Below are positions 8,489-17,288 of a stretch of DNA of 36,365 bases, piece after piece. Origin of the DNA: Acidimicrobiia bacterium (GTDB lineage: Bacteria; Actinomycetota; Acidimicrobiia; Acidimicrobiales; Bin134). The notes beneath the pieces were generated by a model. That model was given only the letters and a program-made list of their open reading frames with translations. It was not told the DNA's origin and did not search any database. The DNA lies in contig JAJEEH010000266.1 of NCBI GenBank assembly GCA_022821105.1, positions 1-36,365 on the forward strand, written 5' to 3'. The translations under genes and the position numbers were made by a program. Each line of letters begins with the position of its first letter. Within the stretch, counting starts at the first letter, position 1.

Positions 8489-9372
8489 CGGGAATGCTCG
8501 GTGGCTGGGCTGGGGGCAAGAGGAGATCGGTTCATTTCCAGAATCCGGGGCGGACTGCTGAACCGGCTCATTCTCTCGAGGGCAATTCCCGATGCGATGA
8601 ACAGTCCGCCAATCATGGCCAGTGCTACCTGCCCGGACACGGTGTCGAAGGGCGCCAAGTAACTTCTGCTGAAGCCCACCATGGCAATGGAGAACACAGC
8701 CACCACACCGGCGATCAGGCGGGCGGAGGTGTACTGGCGAACTCGGGAGGCCTCGATCCGCAAACGCATTGACACTTCTTGACGGGTGTTCTCAGCGAGC
8801 TCGTCCAGTGACTCCTGCAAGGAACCCACTTGGTTGGTCGCCGCTAGCCCGAGCGACATCGCAACGGTGTCGGCAACCGTGTGGTCTACCTCGTCGGCAA
8901 ATTTCGCCAGCGCAGCAGAAAGAGGTTCCCGTTCAGCTCGGGCGGCCAGCTGCCTGACGGGAGCACGCAATATCGCAGGAGCGGAATCTGCGGTGGCCTT
9001 CAAGGTCTCGGTCAAACCCGATGCTGCGCTGATTGTGTCCCGCAACATCTCCACCCAGGTAGCCAGGGCGTTCAAGCGGTCCATCTCTCGATCGCGGTTC
9101 GACTTGGCCCTCAGCAATGTTGGGGACAGGAATGCAGCAATGCCCACTACGAAGCCGGCGACCAGCCATCCGGTTGAAACGATTGCTGCTACGGCCCCGG
9201 AAACGGCCATGGCCGTGCGAACTATTAGTCGCGTGAGTGTTCCTCGGAACCGGGTGCCTGGCCTCCGGCGGCGGGTTCCTGGTACCGGTGAGAAGCCGCG
9301 CAGCCCCATGATGGTGGTGAACACACCGGTGCCCAACGCCGCCCCCAACATCGCTCCGATCAGCGAGGACAC
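8485..9372 (-). CDS. tadB: TadB / T2SS-F family pilus platform protein
   Basis: 'LATWVEMLRDTISAASGLTETL..RLRIEASR..SYLAPFDTVSGQ'; located after cpaF. Confidence 0.88.
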   Translation of the reverse strand: MSSLIGAMLGAALGTGVFTTIMGLRGFSPVPGTRRRRPGTRFRGTLTRLIVRTAMAVSGAVAAIVSTGWLVAGFVVGIAAFLSPTLLRAKSNRDREMDRLNALATWVEMLRDTISAASGLTETLKATADSAPAILRAPVRQLAARAEREPLSAALAKFADEVDHTVADTVAMSLGLAATNQVGSLQESLDELAENTRQEVSMRLRIEASRVRQYTSARLIAGVVAVFSIAMVGFSRSYLAPFDTVSGQVALAMIGGLFIASGIALERMSRFSSPPRILEMNRSPLAPSPATEHSR

Positions 9373-10664
9373 TCGAATTCCTCATGGGCCAGCTCGCGCT
9401 CCCAGGAAGAAGTGTCAAACCCCCCGCTGGCCAATCGCTGTTGGGTTGAGGCTTGCAGTTCGGCGCACGGCTGGGCCGTTGCTGATCCGGTGGCTGCAAA
9501 TATCTCCACGCTGGTCACCTGGCCTGACGTAGTGCCGGTGACCTCGCGCACTGACCTCACTCGACGCTGGCCATCGCGGGCTCTGCTCACATGGACTACG
9601 AAGTCGATGCTCTCCGCGACCATGCGGTTGGTGGCCTCTACCGGTATGTGCTCCGTGGATCGCAAGGCGTAGGTGGCGATCTTGCTGAAGGCTGCCTGGG
9701 AGGAGTTGGCGTGAATGGTGCACATCGATCCGTCGTTTCCTGTGGAAAGCGCCGAGAGCATGTCGACCACTTCGGCGCCTCGAACCTCGCCCACAATCAA
9801 CCGGTCGGGCGACATGGCCAACGCGTTGCGAACCAGCTGCTGCATTGTGATCTCGCCAGTTCCCTCGATGTTGGCCGTGCGGGTTTCCAATTCGATCACG
9901 TCGCAATGCCGATCAGGGTGCGAGGCCAGACCCAGCTCCAATCGGTCTTCAATTGTGATTAGCCGCTCGTAGGGATCACAGGCATTCAAGAGGGCGCGCA
10001 ACATCGTCGTCTTGCCCGCGTTGGTTCCACCGCACACGATGATGCTCATTCGGGCCCTTACGGCCGCGTCCAGGAAATCCCTCAGTGTCTCGTCGAAAGT
10101 GCCCATTTCGCAGAGGTCGCTCAATGTGACCTGATCATGGCGATGTCGACGAATCGATACCGCCGGACGCTCAGACACCGCCATGACAGCGTTCAGTCGG
10201 GACCCATCGGGTAGTCGCAAGTCCAGAAACGGGTTGGCAATGTCGAACCGCCGTTCGTTGCGGCCCAGCCGAGCGGCTGCCCGGCGGATGAGCTCGATCA
10301 GCTCATCATCCGAATCGGCGATGGCTTCAACGCGGCGCTTCTTGCCCCCGGCATGATGGATCCAAACCGTGTCACATCCGTTCACGCTCACGTTCTCGAC
10401 CGATTCGTCAGCCAACAATCGATCGATGGGCCCGAGTCCGAACAATGTGGCCAGAACTTCGTCGGCTATTCGAGACTCTTCAGGTTCGTCGAGAGGGGGC
10501 AAGAACGCCCTGGCTCGATCCGCCGCTATAACGTCGAGCGCCTCAAGTATGAATTGCCTGGCCAGGGCAGTTTGCTCCAGACGGTTGCCGAGTCGGTCTG
10601 TCTCCGCTTGCTCTAGCTCGTGGGTGACCATGGCGAGCACCCGGTCGGCAACGGGAGAAGTCAC
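9360..10664 (-). CDS. cpaF: CpaF/TadA pilus assembly ATPase
   Basis: Walker A 'GGTNAGKT', Asp box 'TIEDRLEL', Walker B 'LIVGEVRG', His box 'TIHAN'. GTG at 10664 overlaps the upstream stop (TAGTG). Confidence 0.93.
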   Translation of the reverse strand: MTSPVADRVLAMVTHELEQAETDRLGNRLEQTALARQFILEALDVIAADRARAFLPPLDEPEESRIADEVLATLFGLGPIDRLLADESVENVSVNGCDTVWIHHAGGKKRRVEAIADSDDELIELIRRAAARLGRNERRFDIANPFLDLRLPDGSRLNAVMAVSERPAVSIRRHRHDQVTLSDLCEMGTFDETLRDFLDAAVRARMSIIVCGGTNAGKTTMLRALLNACDPYERLITIEDRLELGLASHPDRHCDVIELETRTANIEGTGEITMQQLVRNALAMSPDRLIVGEVRGAEVVDMLSALSTGNDGSMCTIHANSSQAAFSKIATYALRSTEHIPVEATNRMVAESIDFVVHVSRARDGQRRVRSVREVTGTTSGQVTSVEIFAATGSATAQPCAELQASTQQRLASGGFDTSSWERELAHEEFECPR

Positions 10665-11410
10665 TATGCCGCCTCTCGACCACCCGCCGCAGCTTGCAGG
10701 CGGAAGTGGATTCGATGGACGAGCTCGGTGAGTGTTCGCCACAGCAGCAGTCGGCGATGACGCTGGTTGACAGGAAATCCGCCGACGAGCGCTTGGGTCA
10801 CTCTCGGCTCGTGGGCCATAACGCCCAAGAGATCGAGCTGAGATGCCTTTGCCATCTCCGTAGGTGGGTAGGGCCGGTCACCAACGCAAACCAGGGCGGT
10901 TGGGATGTCTTCAGAGAGAACCCTTCGTGCTTGATGGACCAGGGGGACGAGTTGGTCGAACCGGGGATGAGCAACGAGAACGAGCAGGTCGCAGTGCTTG
11001 ATTAGCTCGGCAGCAGGGGAGTCAAGCCGCACCCGACCGACGTCAACCACGGCGTCGATTTCGTCAAGTTGGCCGAAGCCGTCTGCCAGTCGCTTAGCCA
11101 GATGGGAGAGGATCCGGGTGGTTGTCTCACCGCAACCGGGTGCAACTAGAGCAGGCAGGTGCCCGGCCAGCGGCTGGCAACTCGCTTGGAGCCGGCTGAT
11201 CGTCATTTCATGTCGGGTTGTCCCCGAAAGTTCCACCAATGAGGGTGAAGATGCCAATCCGAAACGAGCGGCCAATACACCGCCATCACCATCTGCTTCC
11301 ACCACCACGGCCCGTCGACCGGTGGTCGGTTCCCATGACTGTCCGAGTCCAACCGACAAGCTGGTCACACCAGGGCTTGCCTTTGCACTGCCCACGGCAA
11401 TGATGCTCAT
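10664..11410 (-). CDS. MinD/ParA-like (TadZ/CpaE-type) protein with deviant P-loop
   Basis: 'IIAVGSAKASPGVTS..VVVEADGDGG..AVVDVGR'; directly upstream of cpaF. Confidence 0.8.
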   Translation of the reverse strand: MSIIAVGSAKASPGVTSLSVGLGQSWEPTTGRRAVVVEADGDGGVLAARFGLASSPSLVELSGTTRHEMTISRLQASCQPLAGHLPALVAPGCGETTTRILSHLAKRLADGFGQLDEIDAVVDVGRVRLDSPAAELIKHCDLLVLVAHPRFDQLVPLVHQARRVLSEDIPTALVCVGDRPYPPTEMAKASQLDLLGVMAHEPRVTQALVGGFPVNQRHRRLLLWRTLTELVHRIHFRLQAAAGGREAA

Positions 11411-12117
11411 GGAACCGCTCCGGCAACTGCTTGCTGTCGAATCGGAGGACCGTCTCGCGTCGGGGGTTCCTCGGGCAGGAGTATCAGCCGCAGTTCGCGG
11501 TTGGCAGCTGCGTTGCTGATGTGAACCGCGTCGTCAACGGGGACCAAGAGCGACACGAACAAGGCGTCTTGGCCTGAGTCCATCACTTCGCTTGCTTCGG
11601 CCACTGTGGCCCGGACGGTCTCGACGGCGACACCAGACAAGCTGGTCATGTTCGCTTGGCTGTGTCCGGTCGGCACGTATTGGTCGCGGCTTTCGCTGAC
11701 GGTTACCACTCCGACCGGTTGTCCAGGGCCGAGTTGGGCGATGGGGTATTCGCCGGGATGCAGAACTGCGCCCACTATTGCCATGTCCCCATCGATTGGC
11801 GAACTCGACAACAAGAGTCCCGGATGAAGGATCATCCCTTCGGGGATTCCGGCCCGAACAGTGCGTCCCACCACGGAATCCAGTTCGGCCATGGGAACGA
11901 AGCCCGCTCCTTGCCCGCTGGCCAATTCGACCGCTCGCAGATCGTCGATCTCAACCGTCGACCCAGTGGGGATGTCTCGACTGGCCACCGCTACCGCGGT
12001 TCGGTTGCTAAGCGACGATGCCCATAGGGCGAAGATTATCGCTGCGGTGAGGGTGACGGTCAGCCCGAGTACCACCCAAGGGAGCTGACGCCGACGATCC
12101 TCGCTTGCCATCCGCAT
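11407..12117 (-). CDS. SAF-domain protein (CpaB/RcpC-like)
   Basis: N-terminal TM, then 'VAVASRDIPTGSTVEIDDL..VVGRTVRAGIPEGMIL'; first gene of the Tad operon. Confidence 0.82.
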   Translation of the reverse strand: MRMASEDRRRQLPWVVLGLTVTLTAAIIFALWASSLSNRTAVAVASRDIPTGSTVEIDDLRAVELASGQGAGFVPMAELDSVVGRTVRAGIPEGMILHPGLLLSSSPIDGDMAIVGAVLHPGEYPIAQLGPGQPVGVVTVSESRDQYVPTGHSQANMTSLSGVAVETVRATVAEASEVMDSGQDALFVSLLVPVDDAVHISNAAANRELRLILLPEEPPTRDGPPIRQQAVAGAVP

Positions 12118-12217
12118 GGGTTGTTACCGAGAGGTCGGGAGGGGAGCCGTGAAGTCGCTCCGAAGGCCTCAATCTGCCACACCCCGCTCAATAAAGCAAG
12201 GTGTATTTCATTTCGTT

Positions 12218-12784
12218 CTATGTATTGCTGTTCGGCTGGTATTGGCAGATGTGGGGGAGTTGGCGGTAGCGCTCGCCGACGTCGAGGCCGTAGCCCACCA
12301 CGAAGTCGGGAGGGATCTCGAAACCCACGTAGCGCAGGTCGAGGTCTTCGTACTGGCGACCCTTGCGCACGAGTAGGGCGCACACTTCCAGGCTGGCGGG
12401 GTTGCGAGCTTGGAGATTCTTGCGGAGGTAGTTGAGGGTCAGGCCGCTGTCGATGATGTCTTCCACCAAGATCACGTCGCGCCCGGCCAGGTCGAGATCC
12501 AGGTCTTTGACAATCCGCACCACGCCGCTGGTGCGGGTGGAGCTGCCGTAGGAGGAAACCGCCATGAAGTCGAACTCCACCGGGAGGTCGATGGCCCGGG
12601 CCAGATCGGCCATGAACATGAAGGCGCCCTTGAGCACTCCCACCAACAGGGGAGCACGGCCCTGGTAGTCGTCGGTGATGCGGGTGCCGAGGTCGGCGAT
12701 GCAGTTTGTCAGCTCCTCATTCGAGATCAGGATCGGGCCGGGGTCGCCGTTGCCGGTGGTCGCCTCGGTGGACACGAGGGTCAA
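12218..12784 (-). CDS. hpt: Hypoxanthine phosphoribosyltransferase (true start may be GTG 12775)
   Basis: 'VGVLKGAFMFMADL', PRPP motif 'VILVEDIIDSGLTL', 'FVVGYGLD..RYRQLP'. Confidence 0.97.
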   Translation of the reverse strand: MTLVSTEATTGNGDPGPILISNEELTNCIADLGTRITDDYQGRAPLLVGVLKGAFMFMADLARAIDLPVEFDFMAVSSYGSSTRTSGVVRIVKDLDLDLAGRDVILVEDIIDSGLTLNYLRKNLQARNPASLEVCALLVRKGRQYEDLDLRYVGFEIPPDFVVGYGLDVGERYRQLPHICQYQPNSNT

Positions 12785-12795
12785 CCTAGTGGTGC

Positions 12796-13713
12796 TTATC
12801 TTTGGAGGCCGAGCCGTTGGGAAGATCGGGTAACCCGCCAGCCTCCGCCAATTTCGGTGGATCGAGCTTCATTTCGTGCCACAGCCAAAACCCGCTCGAT
12901 TGCCGCGGCGTCGGGCGGGTGGTCGGCGTTTGTCTCGCGCTGGATCCATCGACGCAGCGCCATCTGGGCCAGCGGCTCGGGAGCCTCGGCCACCGCTTTG
13001 GCGTCGGTGGGGTCGATGGCGGCGGCCAGCTCGTCGAGCAGGTCGCGAACACCGCCGGTCAGGGCAGCGCCCCGGGCGATGATCGGCACCACGTCGCGAT
13101 CGGCGATGTCGCAGAGCAAAGGCAGCAGCTCGTGGCGGATCCGGTTGCGGCGGTGGGCGGGGTCGAGGTTCGACGGGTCTTGCACCGGCTCCAAGCCCTG
13201 GGCCTGGCACAGGGCCTGGGTTTCGCTCCGGCGTAAGCCCAGCAGCGGGCGGCGGGCCGGGTCGATGCCGGCCAGTCCGTCGAGCCCTGCTCCCCGGATG
13301 AGGTTCAACAGCACGGTCTCGGCCTGGTCGTCGGCGGTGTGGCCGGTGAGCACGCCGGCGGGCAGCACGCCGTAGCGGGCTTGGCGGGCCCGGGCCTCCA
13401 GATTGGGTCCGGGTTCGCAGTGGGCGGAGCGGGCCTCGAAGGCCGCCCCCCAGCGGGTGGCGGCCTCAGCCACCACGTCGGCTTCTTCCGCCGAGCCCGG
13501 CCGCAGCCCGTGGTCCACATGCCAGGCGGTCACCTTGCAGCCCGCTTCTGAGGCCAGCACCAAAAGCGCCAGCGAGTCGGGCCCGCCCGACACCGCGCAG
13601 TCCACTGCGGTACCTGCCGACGGGAAGGTGCAGCGGGCCAGCAGCTCGGAGATCATCGAGCTGGCTGCGCTGGGAGGGCCGACGCGCTCAGCTGGCGAGG
13701 GCGGGGGTGCCAC
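12796..13713 (-). CDS. tilS: tRNA(Ile)-lysidine synthetase (start may be ATG 13656)
   Basis: PP-loop 'AVSGGPDS', 'HVDHGLR', 'EARARQARY', 'TGHTADDQAETVLLNLIRG', 'DPSN..RNRIR'. Confidence 0.95.
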   Translation of the reverse strand: MAPPPSPAERVGPPSAASSMISELLARCTFPSAGTAVDCAVSGGPDSLALLVLASEAGCKVTAWHVDHGLRPGSAEEADVVAEAATRWGAAFEARSAHCEPGPNLEARARQARYGVLPAGVLTGHTADDQAETVLLNLIRGAGLDGLAGIDPARRPLLGLRRSETQALCQAQGLEPVQDPSNLDPAHRRNRIRHELLPLLCDIADRDVVPIIARGAALTGGVRDLLDELAAAIDPTDAKAVAEAPEPLAQMALRRWIQRETNADHPPDAAAIERVLAVARNEARSTEIGGGWRVTRSSQRLGLQR

Positions 13714-14770
13714 CTAGGCGGTCGATCCATTGCTGGGGATTGCGGATCTCGGTCATGGTGGGCAGCCGCTCTGACGACTCCCACACCCGGTTCAAGAGCT
13801 CGGGGCCGCCCCGGGCCTCCACCGTCTCGATGAACGCCTCGCCGGCGGCGTACTGGTTCAGCTTGGCCTCGATGCCGATGATGCGCTGCACCATCTTGGA
13901 CACTCCCTTGGCCGAGTTGCGCCGGTGGCGAAGCACCCGGGCGAACCGGCTGGCGTCGGGGATGTGGCCGGCGCCGGCCCGGTCCATGGTGATGTCGCCG
14001 TGGCCCTCCAGCAGGCTCATCATGCCGCCGATGCGATCCAGCACCGCCTTCTGCTCAGGGGTGGCCAATAGGGCGGGGAGGCCTCCGTCGGCCAGCGGGT
14101 CCTCCCCCCGGCACCGGGCCTCCAGCACCTGCTTGGCCACCTGCTTGAAGTGCTCCAGGTCGGGCTCGGCCGCATCGAGGGCGTCTTGCACCAGGCCCAG
14201 GAAGTAGGGCCGGAGCCACTCGATGCCGGTGAACTGGGCCCGGTGGGTGGTCTCGTGCAATGCCAGCCAAAGGCGGAACTGGCGGGGGTCGAAACCGTGT
14301 TTGTGCTCGAGGGCCATCACGTTGGGCCCCACGTAATAGACCATGTCCTGGTCTTCGGGCCGTTCGTCCTCGATGATGAGCAGGTCGTACTGGCCCAGCA
14401 CCCGGGTGGACATCCACCCCAGTACCGCCCCCATCTCGGTGCCGCTCACCCGCTGGGCAACGGGGGCCAGCCACGAGTACGACACCCGCTCGGCCATCTT
14501 GTCGGTCACCGGGCGCAGCAGTCGCTGGAAGGAGGCCACGTTGGCGGCCACCCACCCTGCTCTGGTGGTCACTTGGGCCCGGGCCGCCCCACTCATCGAC
14601 TTCAGTCCCGTCTCGGCGGCCACCAGCTCCTCGGCCTGGGCGGTCAGCTCGGTCAGCTCGGGGGAGAGGCTGCGGTAGTGGTAGGAGTCGATGAACGGCT
14701 CGTGGCCGCCCACCTTCTTGGCTACCCGCTCAGCCAGCCGCCAGTCGACTGGATCGGCTGCTGCAACCAC
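13688..14770 (-). CDS. Zincin-like metalloprotease (Rv3626c-like, 'F420 biosynthesis-associated' family)
   Basis: 'WLALHETTHRAQF' HExxH motif, 'MSLLEGHGD', 'RVLGQYD'; conserved position upstream of tilS. Confidence 0.88.
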   Translation of the reverse strand: MVAAADPVDWRLAERVAKKVGGHEPFIDSYHYRSLSPELTELTAQAEELVAAETGLKSMSGAARAQVTTRAGWVAANVASFQRLLRPVTDKMAERVSYSWLAPVAQRVSGTEMGAVLGWMSTRVLGQYDLLIIEDERPEDQDMVYYVGPNVMALEHKHGFDPRQFRLWLALHETTHRAQFTGIEWLRPYFLGLVQDALDAAEPDLEHFKQVAKQVLEARCRGEDPLADGGLPALLATPEQKAVLDRIGGMMSLLEGHGDITMDRAGAGHIPDASRFARVLRHRRNSAKGVSKMVQRIIGIEAKLNQYAAGEAFIETVEARGGPELLNRVWESSERLPTMTEIRNPQQWIDRLGGTPALAS

Positions 14771-14776
14771 CGGGGA

Positions 14777-14953
14777 TTACTCGGTGTCGTCGGCGCTCTG
14801 AGATCTGATTTCCCGCTGGTGCCGACTGTTGTAGCGGGGGGCCACCACCTTGGTGAAGTAGCCGACGATGGTGGCGATCACCAAGGGAACGGTCCCGATG
14901 ACCAGGAGCAGGGCGATCCACCAGTGCCACACAACGGCGGCGATCAAATCCAT
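14777..14953 (-). CDS. 58-aa single-TM small protein (absent from the ORF track)
   Basis: Hand translation: MDLIAAVVWHWWIALLLVIGTVPLVIATIVGYFTKVVAPRYNSRHQREIRSQSADDTE*. GC3-rich codons, TAGGGT-N6-ATG upstream, fills the gap between rshA and the zincin. Confidence 0.75.
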   Translation of the reverse strand: MDLIAAVVWHWWIALLLVIGTVPLVIATIVGYFTKVVAPRYNSRHQREIRSQSADDTE

Positions 14954-15023
14954 GGGTTCACCCTACGCCACTGGTTCCCAGTAGCTCCACGCCAAGACGG
15001 GAGCGGTCGCGTGATCCAGTCAT

Positions 15024-15308
15024 TCAGAAATCCTGGATGTCCAGATCGTCGAGCACAACCCGCTGGAGGGTCTCGCTGATCCGTACTTGCAGGGAGGCGG
15101 GGGCCGACTCCCGACAGGCCTGGCTCATGGCCAGCTTGAAGCGCACCTCCACGTCGAGGATCTGAATGCAGGGCAGGCAATTGGCCAGCTCAATCCGTAC
15201 TCGGCTCACGTCCTCCACGGTGGGCTGGCCATCCAGGGCCTGGGCAATGAGCTGGCGCGAGAGGTCGCACTGATTGGGAACCCCCAAGCAAGGCTCATCC
15301 CTCGTCAT
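15024..15308 (-). CDS. rshA: RshA/RsrA-like zinc-binding anti-sigma factor
   Basis: Directly downstream of sigH; 'C..LDG..ELANCLPC..CRESAPASLQVRI'. Confidence 0.8.
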   Translation of the reverse strand: MTRDEPCLGVPNQCDLSRQLIAQALDGQPTVEDVSRVRIELANCLPCIQILDVEVRFKLAMSQACRESAPASLQVRISETLQRVVLDDLDIQDF

Positions 15309-15325
15309 CGCAGTGCCTCCGAAAA

Positions 15326-15925
15326 TCAGATGCCAGCCGGGGCCGGCGCTCGGTCGGGGTCGGGTGGATCAACCCAGCCCCTTGTCTGTCCGAACTCTAA
15401 CAACCGCTTTTGCAGCGTTTTTCTTCCCCGATGCAGGCGGCTCATGACCGTGCCCATGGGCACGTCGAGGATTTCGGCGATCTCCTTGTAGGCGAAGCCC
15501 TCCACATCGGCCAACAGCACAGCGATCCGGTACTCCTCGGGCAGCGACTCCAGGGCGTCGATGATCTCCGACTCGGTGATCGTCTCCATGAGCACGTCCT
15601 CGGCGCTGGCGCCCAGCGCAGCTTTGGTGTCGCCCCCCAGCCGCTGGTGCAGATAGAGGTCTTCGACTCCGGCCAGATCAACCGACTGCGGTTTCCGCTG
15701 CTTGCTCCGGTAGGAGTTGATGAAGGCGTTGGTGAGGATGCGGAACAGCCAGGCCCGCAGGTTGGTGCCCTCCTGGAAGTTGCCGAACCCCCGGTAGGCC
15801 CGCAGGTAGGTCTCTTGCACCAGGTCTTCGGCGTCGGCTGTGTTGCGAGTCATTCGCCGGGCCGCCGAGTAGAGCTGGTCCATGTACTCCATGGCCTGTT
15901 CGGCGAATTTGGCTTGGTCAGCCAT
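15326..15925 (-). CDS. sigH: ECF sigma factor SigH/SigR family
   Basis: '[73 protein letters not shown]'. Confidence 0.93.
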   Translation of the reverse strand: MADQAKFAEQAMEYMDQLYSAARRMTRNTADAEDLVQETYLRAYRGFGNFQEGTNLRAWLFRILTNAFINSYRSKQRKPQSVDLAGVEDLYLHQRLGGDTKAALGASAEDVLMETITESEIIDALESLPEEYRIAVLLADVEGFAYKEIAEILDVPMGTVMSRLHRGRKTLQKRLLEFGQTRGWVDPPDPDRAPAPAGI

Positions 15926-15998
15926 CTTGATCCCAGCTTACTGCTGCTATCGGCAGATGTGATCGCGACTGAGATGAACAAATGGTGAATAGCAAACG

Positions 15999-17240
15999 CT
16001 ATTTCAAACCCGGTCCGCCCACCTGCTCACGCCACGGGACGTGCTTGTCCACCCGGGGCTCGGGGGGCAGCCCGAGCACCCGCTCGGCCATGTTGTTGCG
16101 GTGTACCTCGTCGGTGCCCCCGCCGATCGATCCCCAGAACCGGTTCAGCGCCTCATTGGCCCACACCGCGGTGTCGGCGTGGTCGCCGGCCACCCCGTAT
16201 CCCCCCAGCATTCCCACACCGAGGTTGCCCCGGTCGCGGCGGCTCTCCGACCAATAGACCTTGAGAGTCGAGCCGTCGAAAGCAGGCTGGCGACCCCGGC
16301 GCACATCTTCTTGCAATCGCCGGCCCATCCAGTCGAGCAGCTTCTCTCTGGTGTAGGCCTGGGCCAGCTCTTGGCGGACCATCGGGTCTTGGGCCGTGCC
16401 CCACCGCTGGGCCAGTGCGATCAGGTTGGCTGCGCTGTCGGCCCTGTCCATGCCGCCGCCGATCATGGTGGACTCGTTGGCCAGCACCAGCCGGGCCACC
16501 GCCCACCCGGAGTTCACCTCGCCGACCACGTTTTCGGCCGGGATCCTCACGTCGCTCAAGAACACCTCGTTGAAGTGGGCCGACCCATTGATGGTGCGGA
16601 TGGGGCGGGGGTCCACGCCGGTGGTGGTCATGTCCACCAAAAAGAACGTGATCCCCTTGTGCTTGGGGGCGTCGGGATCGGTGCGGGCCAACAGGATTCC
16701 CCAGTCGCACAGGTGGGCTGAGGAGTTCCACACCTTTTGGCCGTTCACCACGAACTCGTCGCCGTCGCGTTCGGCCCTGGTCGACAGGTTGGCCAGGTCC
16801 GACCCGGCGCCGGGCTCGCTGAACAGCTGGCACCACACCACGTCGCCCCGCAGCATGGGCTCTAGGTGGCGGGCCTTCTGCTCCTCGGTGCCGAAGTGGC
16901 CGATGGCCGGCCCGGCCAGGGCGATGCCCGCGGCGATAAACCCACTGGTCACATCGAAAAGGGCGGCCTCCTGCTGGAAGATCTGCCGCTGCCATCGCTC
17001 GCCCCCCCGGCCCCCGTGGTCCACAGGCCAGTCGATGGCCGCCCATCCGCTGTCGTACAGCTCTCGCTGCCACTCTCGGCAGCGGTCCATGTGGGCCTTC
17101 TCCGCGGCAACATCGTGATGGGTGGTTCGAGTGGACCAGCCGTCGCCGTCTTCCCGCAATGGGGCCCGGGCCTCCAGCCAAGCCCGCACTTCTGCTCTGA
17201 ACGCCGCTTGCTGCGCAGTGTCCTCGGAGTGGTCGGCCAC
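15999..17240 (-). CDS. Acyl-CoA dehydrogenase (FadE family)
   Basis: 'WCQLFSEPGAGSDLA', 'VNGQKVWNS', 'SIGGGTDEVHRNNMAERVLGLP'. Confidence 0.93.
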   Translation of the reverse strand: MADHSEDTAQQAAFRAEVRAWLEARAPLREDGDGWSTRTTHHDVAAEKAHMDRCREWQRELYDSGWAAIDWPVDHGGRGGERWQRQIFQQEAALFDVTSGFIAAGIALAGPAIGHFGTEEQKARHLEPMLRGDVVWCQLFSEPGAGSDLANLSTRAERDGDEFVVNGQKVWNSSAHLCDWGILLARTDPDAPKHKGITFFLVDMTTTGVDPRPIRTINGSAHFNEVFLSDVRIPAENVVGEVNSGWAVARLVLANESTMIGGGMDRADSAANLIALAQRWGTAQDPMVRQELAQAYTREKLLDWMGRRLQEDVRRGRQPAFDGSTLKVYWSESRRDRGNLGVGMLGGYGVAGDHADTAVWANEALNRFWGSIGGGTDEVHRNNMAERVLGLPPEPRVDKHVPWREQVGGPGLK

Positions 17241-17288
17241 GGCGCGACGATACGGTATGGGGCCGACAGAAACAGAGGAGAAGCCTCC

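Noticed and set aside
3141-12217. Tad region as an ICE or prophage
   Set aside because: No integrase, relaxase, VirB4/VirD4, phage genes or att repeats found, so it is not called a mobile element.
15987-16005. Short hairpin AATAGC-AAAC-GCTATT at the fadE stop
   Set aside because: AT-rich 6-7 bp stem, too weak to call a terminator or operator.
16866-17288. N-terminal extension of the methyltransferase ORF
   Set aside because: Overlaps fadE antisense; the SD and domain start support ATG 17289.
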